Shown here in pieces: positions 44,073 through 52,919 of a stretch of DNA of 52,919 nt (position 1 is the stretch's first letter; each line of letters opens with the position of its first letter). The DNA is from a virus (Duplodnaviria > Caudoviricetes), in IMG/VR virus record IMGVR_UViG_3300025018_000187, positions 1 through 52,919 of that record; one strand, 5' to 3'. The position numbers and the translations under genes are program-made. The notes under the pieces were generated by a model that saw only the letters and a program-made list of their open reading frames with translations, did not search any database and was not told where the DNA came from.

Positions 44073-47000
44073 TGCCAAGAATAAAGGTTATAAATAAGAG
44101 GGCAAACGGTGACCTTATAGGTCAAAATTTTACAAATGCTGCATCAGAAACAGTATTTAGCTTCGGGAATTTCAAATTAGAATCTAATTTCGTTGGTAAA
44201 ACCAATATTAACTATTCTAATGTATTGAGTTCTTTTGTAACACCTGTTACGTTAGAAACTCTTGATATTAATTCTATTGAATCACAAGAAATTTTTGATT
44301 TTACCACCAATGCTTCTTTGAATTTTGACCGTTCTGATTTAAAAAACTTTGTTAAATTTGGGTCTACTCGTGAATTTCTTCGAGTATCAACAGAACAAAT
44401 TATAACTAAATTTCCTGCTAGTTTATTTGTTGATGACCAAATTGGTTTTTCATCAAACCCCACCATATATGATTATGTATATAATCAATATACTGACATA
44501 TCTACTTTTAGAATACCAGCATCAATAATAGATAATAAATTTGGTTTAGTGTTTAATTATGGTAACACTTCACAACCAGATGGTAATGTATTAAAAAATG
44601 TTAACATTTCATATGGTAAATATGTTATTTGGAGAAAAGATTATTCAGAAGATAATTCGCATTATTTATTAGGATTTACAGGTGATACACCAAACATACC
44701 ATATGTTTATGTAAAAGTACAAGGTAATGCATTTCCAGAAGCATCTGGTGGTACTGCCAGTATTGATTATCACATTAAACCAGAACCAGTAATATATAAT
44801 AAATTTAGAGGAAATCTTAATCAAATTGAAAAATATTTAATCAAGAATAGAAACGCTGGTAATACAGGGTATGATGTATATTTCAAAGAACCGACTCTGT
44901 TAGAAACTGGTGAAATTATTTACACCGATAGAAGATTAACATGGGGTACTACCGATGGTTATAATATAGATTTTAGTGGTGCTAGATATCAAAGATTTTT
45001 AGATGCTTTGTTAATTATCGGTGAAAAATACGATAGTGTTAAAACAGATTTAATCGCAAGATTCTTAGTACCAGCATCAGTTAAGACATATGACTTAACA
45101 AACGAAGGTAAAATGACCAAGCTACTTAGAATTTATGGTAGGGAATTTGATGAAATGCGTCAATTTATAGATTCGTTAGTTAATATCAATACAGTTACCT
45201 ATGGCAAGAAAAATGATGTGCCTAATCAATTGGTTAAAAATTTAGCAAAATCTCTTGGTTGGGATGTATTCACAATTGTTAGTGAAGAACAATTAGCAAA
45301 TTCTTTCTTTAGTAATGAGGGTGAAGTTAGTAGTGATGATTTACTACCATCCGAAGTTGATTTAGAACTTTGGAGAAGAATAATTATTAATACTAATTAT
45401 TTTTTCAAATCTAAAGGTACTAGACAAGCATTGAAAGCAATGTTATTGTTAATTGGAATTCCAGAACCGTTCATTAATATTACTGAATACATATATACCG
45501 TTGAAGGTAAAATAAACCCAAATACTGTTACATTAAGTTTAGAAGATTTACCATCTGAATCGTATCCATTTGATAATGCTGGTTATCCAGCAGCACCTGT
45601 TGAAACAAATGATTTTTATTTTCAAATTTCGGGTAATGCTGATAGTGGTCAGGCATATATGGATAATTTTAGAAATGTTGGATTTGTTTTAAATAGAATT
45701 GTTGATAATAAGAAGTCATGGGATAGTGTAACAGGAACTACTTACAGAAATCACTATTCAACACCAGTTTATTTTCAAAATGAAAGTGAGTTAGTGTTGA
45801 ATACCAAAGAAATTGATGCAACATTAGATATTGCACGTGCTATTGAATATGATGTGTATTGTTATAATAAAAACGTGGATGACCCAATTAGTTCTAGTGG
45901 TGTAACCAAACCATATATATTTATCAACATACCATTTGAATATGGTGTGTCTACAAATACTTTTAGTATACCAGAAATACCTTTAACTGGTAGTGGTATT
46001 CAAGTAAACTTTAATGGTATTACACTTACTTCTGGTGGTACTGGTGTTGGCGATTATGTTAGAGTTAGTCCTACCGATGTGATATTAAATAACCAATTTG
46101 CAATCACTCATAGTAATGGTGAAAAAGATATAATAACCCTTACATATCTTTATGATAAATTAGGGTCAACTGGTTATACCACAGTAGAATATATAGTACA
46201 AAAACCAAGCATTACTACTAATGGTATTATAGTAGAATTAGGTGAAGAACCTAAAGGTGACGTGCAATTAGTTGTAGATGGTATAACCTTAACCAAAGGA
46301 ACATCATTATTTACTGGCGATTTCATAATAAACCCAACAAATCGTAAACAGATTTACATACAAAACGCAATATTACAACAATATTTGGATTCTGGTAATG
46401 CAATTATAAGAGTTTGGTGTATTAAAGATGGTACTATACCATCAAATGCTGAGAAAAGGTCAGAAGCACATAGAGTAGACTCAATACCATCATCAAAAGT
46501 TCAATATAATGCGGGTGCTAATCAATACTCATATTTCTTAGATTTTAAAGCATTCGATGTTGATTCGGTTAAGATAACCATAAACGGTATTACATTACAA
46601 AATACCACCGATTTTACATTGGACGGTACAGATAAAACTAAAATCAATTTTAAGGTGGCTACTCCTATCAATTATGGTGACATTATAGGTGCTTATTACA
46701 TTGTTGATGATGGTAGCTACACACCACCATTACTTCCACCAGACCCATTCTTTCCACCTATTGGAGAAATGAGTTTCTTGGAATATCTTGAATTAATTAA
46801 TATGAGGTTAATTAATGTTAAGAATCGCAAAACTATTTCAGATTTTAAAGGTGGTTATTACCCAACTGTATTAAAAATTTATGAAGAATATCTTAAACGA
46901 GCACATAGACCAGAAGGTGACCCTTTGAAGTCAAATGGTTATACATTTCAAATAGTATATCCATTTATTAATCGTTATGGTTCATTCTTTAGTAGGTTTG

Positions 47001-47809
47001 TGAGAGAATTATTACCAGCAACAATTATTCAACGTAAAGCAGGTGTCTTAATTAGAAACAATGTATTTACCAAACAGAAGTTTATGTATAGACGTGGGGT
47101 TAATTTCGACCCAAGTTTACAATATTATGGTGATAATGGTGTAGAATATATTAAAGCACAACCAAGTAGTGATTGTAATTGGACTGGTGATTATGTGTGT
47201 GTTGAAGAGATTGTACCTACAACCACTACTACTACAGTAGCACCAACAACCACGACAACAACAGTTGTACCTACAACCACAACAACTACCGTAGTTCCTA
47301 CTACGACCACTACAACTACTGAACCTACAATTGAACTAACTTGGATTCCATCTGGTTATACTGAAACAGATATTGGTGGGAATAGTCCAAATATTTTAGC
47401 CAATTGGAATTTAGGGTTAAGTCAACCACTTATAATAGGTCAATCTGTTGTGTTGACTATTAATTATGAATTAGATAATGCTGCTATTAATGCAACACAA
47501 CAATCATCGTATATTGCAGCATCAAGCGGAACTACAACAGGAACAATTATTGGTACTGGTAATGTTTATAACGATTTTAATATTGCTAATACTGGAAACA
47601 CAACTAATAGTTTTCAGTATGTGTTAAATAGCGATTCAGAAAGACAGAAATTTAGATTAGGATTAAATGTTGATATTGATGGTGATGAATTAACGGTTGG
47701 AACAACAAGAGCAAGAATTACTGGTATTAGTTTAGGATTTCAAATAAATGGGGTGTTTACATTTACAAACCCAACATTACCCAATATTGCTGTGACGGCA
47801 AATCCATAA
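44072..47809 (+). CDS. Large baseplate/tail protein (wedge gp7/P2 I-like core) with Thr-rich linker
   Basis: LAKSLGW...WRRIIIN..YFFKSKGTRQAL motif; repeated V..NGITL..G.D Ig-like units; VPTTTTTT tract at 47213-47326. Confidence 0.7.
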   Translation: MPRIKVINKRANGDLIGQNFTNAASETVFSFGNFKLESNFVGKTNINYSNVLSSFVTPVTLETLDINSIESQEIFDFTTNASLNFDRSDLKNFVKFGSTREFLRVSTEQIITKFPASLFVDDQIGFSSNPTIYDYVYNQYTDISTFRIPASIIDNKFGLVFNYGNTSQPDGNVLKNVNISYGKYVIWRKDYSEDNSHYLLGFTGDTPNIPYVYVKVQGNAFPEASGGTASIDYHIKPEPVIYNKFRGNLNQIEKYLIKNRNAGNTGYDVYFKEPTLLETGEIIYTDRRLTWGTTDGYNIDFSGARYQRFLDALLIIGEKYDSVKTDLIARFLVPASVKTYDLTNEGKMTKLLRIYGREFDEMRQFIDSLVNINTVTYGKKNDVPNQLVKNLAKSLGWDVFTIVSEEQLANSFFSNEGEVSSDDLLPSEVDLELWRRIIINTNYFFKSKGTRQALKAMLLLIGIPEPFINITEYIYTVEGKINPNTVTLSLEDLPSESYPFDNAGYPAAPVETNDFYFQISGNADSGQAYMDNFRNVGFVLNRIVDNKKSWDSVTGTTYRNHYSTPVYFQNESELVLNTKEIDATLDIARAIEYDVYCYNKNVDDPISSSGVTKPYIFINIPFEYGVSTNTFSIPEIPLTGSGIQVNFNGITLTSGGTGVGDYVRVSPTDVILNNQFAITHSNGEKDIITLTYLYDKLGSTGYTTVEYIVQKPSITTNGIIVELGEEPKGDVQLVVDGITLTKGTSLFTGDFIINPTNRKQIYIQNAILQQYLDSGNAIIRVWCIKDGTIPSNAEKRSEAHRVDSIPSSKVQYNAGANQYSYFLDFKAFDVDSVKITINGITLQNTTDFTLDGTDKTKINFKVATPINYGDIIGAYYIVDDGSYTPPLLPPDPFFPPIGEMSFLEYLELINMRLINVKNRKTISDFKGGYYPTVLKIYEEYLKRAHRPEGDPLKSNGYTFQIVYPFINRYGSFFSRFVRELLPATIIQRKAGVLIRNNVFTKQKFMYRRGVNFDPSLQYYGDNGVEYIKAQPSSDCNWTGDYVCVEEIVPTTTTTTVAPTTTTTTVVPTTTTTTVVPTTTTTTTEPTIELTWIPSGYTETDIGGNSPNILANWNLGLSQPLIIGQSVVLTINYELDNAAINATQQSSYIAASSGTTTGTIIGTGNVYNDFNIANTGNTTNSFQYVLNSDSERQKFRLGLNVDIDGDELTVGTTRARITGISLGFQINGVFTFTNPTLPNIAVTANP

Positions 47810-47824
47810 TAAAGTTTAAATAAA

Positions 47825-48676
47825 ATGGGACAAGCAAGAAGATATATATTACAATGTGATTGGATAAAACCAAGTGGTGTAACAACTGTAACAGGTACGT
47901 CTGAATATAGTTTATTGTCAGGTTTTACTGGTACGTCTATTTTTGATAGTGGGTCAACATTTTCATATTTAGGAATTACAGCAGCAGAACTTTCAGATTT
48001 AACTAATGATGATTATCAAACAAGAGTTACCGATTTTATTTCATATATTTCTCAATTTGAATATAGTTTTAATTTATATGAACTAACAACATTGATAGAT
48101 AATGGGGAATATAATGAAGTATTATGTATTGCCACAACCACAACAACTGTTGCACCTATAACAACCACAACAACCACTAATTCATTAACAAATTATACGG
48201 TAGCTTTAACAGATAAAGAAGTTAGTTCACCCTCACCTAACATTGTTGGTTGGACATATCAAATAGAAACAACACCACCATTGGTTTCTGGTGATGAAAT
48301 AGATGTTACATTTTATTTTAGTGGTTATACAGATGGAACTGATGCAGGAATTGGGTTAACAATAGAAAACGCATCCATCTATTTAATTAATAGTGGTGTT
48401 GGTGTAATTATACAAAATGTAAATAACACCGAATGGGCAAATTATCCGAATCCACCTCTTAATCCAATAACAGGTAGCGGTGTATTAACTTTGACAGGTA
48501 GCAGTAGTATATATGAGATTAGGGTATCTGCTGAGGCAATTGGTACTGCTGGTTCAACATATATTGCAGAAAATGAGTTTTATATGTTAGGTGCTGTTGG
48601 TTCAGCAGGTAATGTTGGAGTTGTTACCATAAACAATAGTGAAACATCTAAATTTAGTATATCAGGAACATTATAA
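47825..48676 (+). CDS. Putative virion protein with Thr-rich linker
   Basis: TTTTTVAPITTTTTT at about 48134-48178 separates two domains. Confidence 0.65.
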   Translation: MGQARRYILQCDWIKPSGVTTVTGTSEYSLLSGFTGTSIFDSGSTFSYLGITAAELSDLTNDDYQTRVTDFISYISQFEYSFNLYELTTLIDNGEYNEVLCIATTTTTVAPITTTTTTNSLTNYTVALTDKEVSSPSPNIVGWTYQIETTPPLVSGDEIDVTFYFSGYTDGTDAGIGLTIENASIYLINSGVGVIIQNVNNTEWANYPNPPLNPITGSGVLTLTGSSSIYEIRVSAEAIGTAGSTYIAENEFYMLGAVGSAGNVGVVTINNSETSKFSISGTL

Positions 48677-48704
48677 AAATAAAGATTAAAATTAACCGAT
48701 TCTA

Positions 48705-50000
48705 ATGGCATTTATATTAAAAAAGAAAATATTTATTAATATTACTACTACGACTACAACTGTAGCACCGACAACTACTACGACTACAACAGTAGCACCT
48801 ATAACTACGACTACAACTGTAGCACCTATAACTACGACTACAACTGTAACACCGACAACTACGACTACAACAGTTGCTCCTACAACAACTACGACTACTA
48901 CCGTTGCACCTATAACCACTACGACTACTGTAGCACCCCCAATGGGTTTTAATCAGCATGTTTGGGGTGGCATTGAAACAACCGATGGTAAATATATATT
49001 TACTGGTCAGTTTACTCAATATGATTTAACACCAATAAATAGAATTGCTAAAATTAACACAAATGGTTATATCGATAGCACGTTTAATGTTGGAAGTGGG
49101 TTTAATGTACTACCATATTTTATTATTAATACGGATGGAAAATATTTAGTGGGTGGTCAATTTACTTCTTATAGTGGTGTAACCACAAATGGTTTGATTA
49201 AATTAAACACCGATGGTAGTATTGATAATACATTAAATATTGGAAGTGGATTCGTAGGAATTCCATTTAACGGGATTGTTACTACTGATGGCAAGTATTT
49301 AATAGTTGGTAACTTTACTCAATATAGTGGTACAACAGCAAACAGAATAATAAAATTAAACACCGATGGTAGTATTGATAATACATTTGATTCGGGCACT
49401 CGTTTTAATAATGGAACTCAAAGCACTATTGAACCAGTTTCGGGTAAATATTTAATTGGTGGTTTCTTTACTCAATATAGTGGTGCAACAGCAAACAGAA
49501 TAATAAGATTAAATAGTGATGGAACCATTGATAATACGTTTGATTCGGGCACTGGTTTTAATAATGGTGTTTATAACGTAACACTAACAAGTGATAATAA
49601 ATATCTTATAACAGGTATATTCACTCAATATAGTGGTGTGACAGCAAATAGAATAATAAAACTAAATACTGATGGAACTATCGACAATACGTTTAATACA
49701 GATACTGGTTTTAATGGTGCTGTTTATTCAGTAGCATTAACGAGTGATAATGGATTCTTAATCGGTGGTGATTTCACTCAATATAGTGGTGCAACAGCAA
49801 ATAGAATAATAAAACTAAATACTGATGGAAGTATCGACAATACGTTTAATATGGGTACTGGTTTTAATGATATCACATATTATTCAATTTTTGAAACTAT
49901 TGATAATAAATATGTTATTGGTGGTTGGTTTACCTCGTATAATGGAGATACAAAAAATTCTGTTGTGAAGATTGAATTAGATGGCACACCTATTTGGTAA
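48705..50000 (+). CDS. Thr-rich N-terminus plus delta-60/DUF5122-type beta-propeller repeats
   Basis: (TTTTTVAP)n at 48744-48939; about six repeats of DGKY..GG.FTQYSG..ANRIIKLN.DG.ID.TF..G.GFN. Confidence 0.8.
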   Translation: MAFILKKKIFINITTTTTTVAPTTTTTTTVAPITTTTTVAPITTTTTVTPTTTTTTVAPTTTTTTTVAPITTTTTVAPPMGFNQHVWGGIETTDGKYIFTGQFTQYDLTPINRIAKINTNGYIDSTFNVGSGFNVLPYFIINTDGKYLVGGQFTSYSGVTTNGLIKLNTDGSIDNTLNIGSGFVGIPFNGIVTTDGKYLIVGNFTQYSGTTANRIIKLNTDGSIDNTFDSGTRFNNGTQSTIEPVSGKYLIGGFFTQYSGATANRIIRLNSDGTIDNTFDSGTGFNNGVYNVTLTSDNKYLITGIFTQYSGVTANRIIKLNTDGTIDNTFNTDTGFNGAVYSVALTSDNGFLIGGDFTQYSGATANRIIKLNTDGSIDNTFNMGTGFNDITYYSIFETIDNKYVIGGWFTSYNGDTKNSVVKIELDGTPIW

Positions 50001-50017
50001 TAAAAAAGATAATACTG

Positions 50018-50025
50018 TATTTATA
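50018..50025 (+). promoter_or_regulatory. (G)TATTTATA putative late promoter
   Basis: GTATTTATAGTTAAACA; core motif ends 17 nt before ATG 50043. Confidence 0.6.
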
Positions 50026-50042
50026 GTTAAACATAGAAAATA

Positions 50043-51380
50043 ATGGCATTTGCACAAGGACCAACAGTTATACATATTAAACTAACCGACAAGGGTAGAC
50101 AACTACTTTCTACTGGTCAATTAAATTTTACTAAATTTGCTTTGGGTGATAGTGAAATAAACTATGCTTTTAACGAAGAAATTAGCTTTGATACATTTGA
50201 ACAAAAGATATTAAGACCAAAAGATAACAACCCAAAAATAGTTAGTTTTCTTGAACAAACAGTAAGTGGATTAACTATGATTGATTTACCTACAGTGGTT
50301 TCAAATACTTCTGTAATTACAAACACTGCTCCTGAAAGAGGATTTTTTACTTCGGGTACAACAGCACCATATGCAATAAACAAACAACCTACATATACTA
50401 AAAACGCTGCTGGTAGAATATTTATATCTGGCGTAACTGGTGGTAATCAAGTAACTGTTAATCAGTCAGCAGATTATATTGGTGGTGAATATGAAGAACC
50501 AATTGTTGGTGATTTTTTATTAGTTAAGTGGGCAAACCCTGAATTACCTTCTGGAACAACTAATAATGAAGTTTCAGAACCAGTAGCATATGTCTGGTAT
50601 AAGATAGAAGAAATAATTTCAGGCACACTTGAAAATAATAATTTATTAATACAGGTGGATAAACCATTACCAAATTTTAATGGTAATGGTGGTGATTTTG
50701 CATCATTGGCATATACATACCCAAACTCAAATAATAGAGAGGTTTCTGGTGATTCAATACAACAATATTATGGTAAATTATATGTAACTGATTTTCTTAA
50801 AAATGCTGTGTTTTCTTTTATTGAAAATTGGGATTGTGCATTGGGCGACACTAAAGATGTGCCAGTATGGAATATGAGTCTTATATTTACTGATGAAATT
50901 GCTGGTGTTGACCCAATAAATGATAGAAATTATTCACAATATTACACTAAAGAAATAGGTGGTTTTGTAAGGTATATTCAACAAGTTCCAAATTGGATTA
51001 AGAAAATTGGTATTATACACTATACTAATCAAATACCTGCTAATACATATGGTGAGGGGTTAACTGGAATACCTACACTGGAATTACCAACAATTATGTG
51101 GCATAAAGCTACTGGTAGTACTATAGGCGTAACATTATCAATAACTGGTGTACAACAAACCTTAACAGGATTATCTACTAATTATTTTAATTTAGCAGAC
51201 CAATTTGGAAATGTAGTTGGTAAGGTTTTTACTGATTTAGAAGTGTTTGTTATAGAAGACCAAGAATTACTTTTTGCTATGAGTTATAAAGCAAATAGAA
51301 ACTGGACGTTACCAGAATTTACAGCAGCATTAAACGTATCGTTGTGCCCTGAAAGTGATATAACTGTAGAAATAGTATAA
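50043..51380 (+). CDS. Putative baseplate/tail-fibre attachment structural protein
   Basis: N-terminal LTDKGRQLL..G...FTKFALGDSEINY resembles the LT..GR N-termini of tail-fibre/baseplate proteins. Confidence 0.6.
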   Translation: MAFAQGPTVIHIKLTDKGRQLLSTGQLNFTKFALGDSEINYAFNEEISFDTFEQKILRPKDNNPKIVSFLEQTVSGLTMIDLPTVVSNTSVITNTAPERGFFTSGTTAPYAINKQPTYTKNAAGRIFISGVTGGNQVTVNQSADYIGGEYEEPIVGDFLLVKWANPELPSGTTNNEVSEPVAYVWYKIEEIISGTLENNNLLIQVDKPLPNFNGNGGDFASLAYTYPNSNNREVSGDSIQQYYGKLYVTDFLKNAVFSFIENWDCALGDTKDVPVWNMSLIFTDEIAGVDPINDRNYSQYYTKEIGGFVRYIQQVPNWIKKIGIIHYTNQIPANTYGEGLTGIPTLELPTIMWHKATGSTIGVTLSITGVQQTLTGLSTNYFNLADQFGNVVGKVFTDLEVFVIEDQELLFAMSYKANRNWTLPEFTAALNVSLCPESDITVEIV

Positions 51381-51390
51381 GATTATAAAT

Positions 51391-52224
51391 ATGGCAACAA
51401 TAAGTTATAAAGTACATAGTAGTTATCCACCATTTGCTGTGGAATTGAGAAGTGAAAGCAAAACAGGAACAGTAATACAATCAATGGTTGCACAATCAGC
51501 AGAAACAGTATATTCATTTACTGGTGTTCCTGATTATGGGGTTTTTTATGTGGTTGCATATGATACAGCATTTGGTAATGCCTTTGATAGTACTGGTTTA
51601 ACAACTACGACAACTACAACAGTAGCACCTACGACAACAACCACGACTACGGTAGCACCTACCACAACAACAACTACCGTAGTTCCTACGACAACAACGA
51701 CTACAACAGTAGCACCTACTACAACAACGACAAGTACTACGTTGCCAACAGTGACACTGACTTGGAATTTAACAGATTTTACACAAGATACTGATGGTTC
51801 GGATGGAGAAGCATTTAGAGAATATTTTTATAATTTAGAATATTCTTCACCATTAACTGGTGGACAAGAAATTGAATTAACCTTTGAATGGAGTTTACAA
51901 ACCGATGGTCAAGCTGGTGTAATTAAAGACGCAAGTGTTTCAATGTCAAGTGGTATAACCTCTGGTGGTATTATTGGAATAGGTAACGTTATTAATGATG
52001 CGGAAGTAAATAGCACTGCAACCCCTTCTACTAAAACTGGAACAACAACATATACAGTAACAAGTAGTGATAATTTATTACGTCTTGGGATATATGTGGC
52101 TGTGAATGGTATGGCGGGTGATATGGGAAATGCGGGGGTAAATCCGTTTACAATTTCGGCAGTAAATGGTATTGGTGTAAATGCAGTTCCAGCAGCAGCA
52201 ATAATATTAAGCAGTGGTATTTAA
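51391..52224 (+). CDS. Putative virion protein with long Thr-rich linker
   Basis: (TTTTTTTVAP)n at about 51601-51741; its C-terminal domain resembles that of 44072-47809 (LTW...LS.PL..GQ...LT..). Confidence 0.65.
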   Translation: MATISYKVHSSYPPFAVELRSESKTGTVIQSMVAQSAETVYSFTGVPDYGVFYVVAYDTAFGNAFDSTGLTTTTTTTVAPTTTTTTTVAPTTTTTTVVPTTTTTTTVAPTTTTTSTTLPTVTLTWNLTDFTQDTDGSDGEAFREYFYNLEYSSPLTGGQEIELTFEWSLQTDGQAGVIKDASVSMSSGITSGGIIGIGNVINDAEVNSTATPSTKTGTTTYTVTSSDNLLRLGIYVAVNGMAGDMGNAGVNPFTISAVNGIGVNAVPAAAIILSSGI

Positions 52225-52235
52225 AAATAAATAGA

Positions 52236-52919
52236 ATGAAAATATTAGTAGCATTTCCAGACGTACCATATTATAATTGGCAAGTACTTGTTCAAATTAA
52301 CAATTTAGTTAAATTTGGATATAGTAATCAAATAATTTATGTTGTTGGTAAACAACCAAATGTTGGTTTGAGTAAACAAATCAAAACCATATTAGACAAT
52401 ACACCTGTAGAATATTATGTTTATGATGATGAAAGAAGAAGAAATAGATATGCATCATCATTAAGACCACATATTTTAAAAAAATTATTTTATGAAAACA
52501 GTGGATTGAACAATGAATCTTTTTTCTATGTTGACCCTGATTTATATTTTGCTAAAACCATTGATTTCACTTCTTTATTATCTGGTAATACTTGGCATGT
52601 TAGCGATACAAGAAGTTATATTGATTCAGGTTACATAAAAAGTAAAAGTGAACAATTGTTTAATGAAATGTGTGAAATAGTAGATGTTTCTCCAACAATA
52701 ATCACTAATAATGATTTAAATGCTGGTGGTGCACAATATTTAATGAAAAATATTGATTGTAGATATTGGTTAAAGGTTGAATATGATTGTGAAACATTAT
52801 ATAGATGGCTAAAACATACAGAAAATAAATATAGCCCATCACACCCCATTCAATCGTGGACTTCTGATATGTGGGCAGTATTGTGGAATGGATGGTTTCA
52901 TAATCACAATATAAAAATA
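52236..52919 (+). CDS. GT-A glycosyltransferase (3' truncated, absent from the ORF track), reminiscent of HPAT/SGT1-type protein O-glycosyltransferases
   Basis: My translation: MKILVAFPDVPYYNWQV...RYASSLRPHIL...FFYVDPDLYF (DxD at 52533)...GGAQYLM...QSWTSDMWAVLW; open to the window end. Confidence 0.7.
   Translation, partial: MKILVAFPDVPYYNWQVLVQINNLVKFGYSNQIIYVVGKQPNVGLSKQIKTILDNTPVEYYVYDDERRRNRYASSLRPHILKKLFYENSGLNNESFFYVDPDLYFAKTIDFTSLLSGNTWHVSDTRSYIDSGYIKSKSEQLFNEMCEIVDVSPTIITNNDLNAGGAQYLMKNIDCRYWLKVEYDCETLYRWLKHTENKYSPSHPIQSWTSDMWAVLWNGWFHNHNIKI

Noticed and set aside
48692-49019. Val-rich and Cys/Ser/Arg-rich repetitive minus-strand ORFs
   Set aside because: Antisense read-out of the Thr-tract codons.
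160-52849. All minus-strand ORFs and the short alternative-frame plus-strand ORFs (e.g. 5893, 6097, 12108) in the track
   Set aside because: They lie within or across long, motif-bearing + strand genes and have no recognisable domains; shadow ORFs.
1-52919. Stop-codon reassignment, as in some large phages
   Set aside because: Genes are full length under code 11; TAG (19758, 37333, 37858, 40963) and TGA (17130) end genes at sensible boundaries.

Overview
AT-rich 52.9-kb segment of a large (probably jumbo) contractile-tailed dsDNA phage. Every credible gene is on the + strand and the standard genetic code applies. A Bacteroidota host is likely: there is a TTG-N20-TAnnTTTG promoter, and starts have A/T-rich leaders without Shine-Dalgarno motifs. 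Gene order: (1) two YadA-like fibre/adhesin genes flanking a sulfotransferase and a GT9-like glycosyltransferase; (2) SNF2/HARP helicase and family-B DNA polymerase, each with a LAGLIDADG intein; (3) a 16.6-30.8 kb cluster of probable head-packaged host-takeover proteins (Nudix, WYL, HAD, ParB/ART-like) centred on a 2417-aa polyvalent protein; (4) a free LAGLIDADG endonuclease and an intein-containing glycosyltransferase; (5) a baseplate/tail module with Thr-rich mucin-like tracts, ending in a truncated GT-A glycosyltransferase. The 2417-aa protein strings together kinase, GNAT, two SAM-lyase-like, ADP-ribosyltransferase, a duplicated unknown domain, HEXXH peptidase, Acb1-like 2H phosphodiesterase, CCA-adding enzyme and a second 2H domain. 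Nearly every junction carries a hydrophobic-x-Glu motif like the T4 prohead protease site. Five Zn-repeat/PD-(D/E)XK homing-endonuclease-like genes are interspersed, one of them frameshifted, and (G)TATTTATA recurs before transcription units. Best candidates for new biology: a protease-processed anti-defence and tRNA-repair polyprotein, and a phage-encoded virion glycosylation/sulfation system. All domain calls come from motif recognition by eye; no database search was run.
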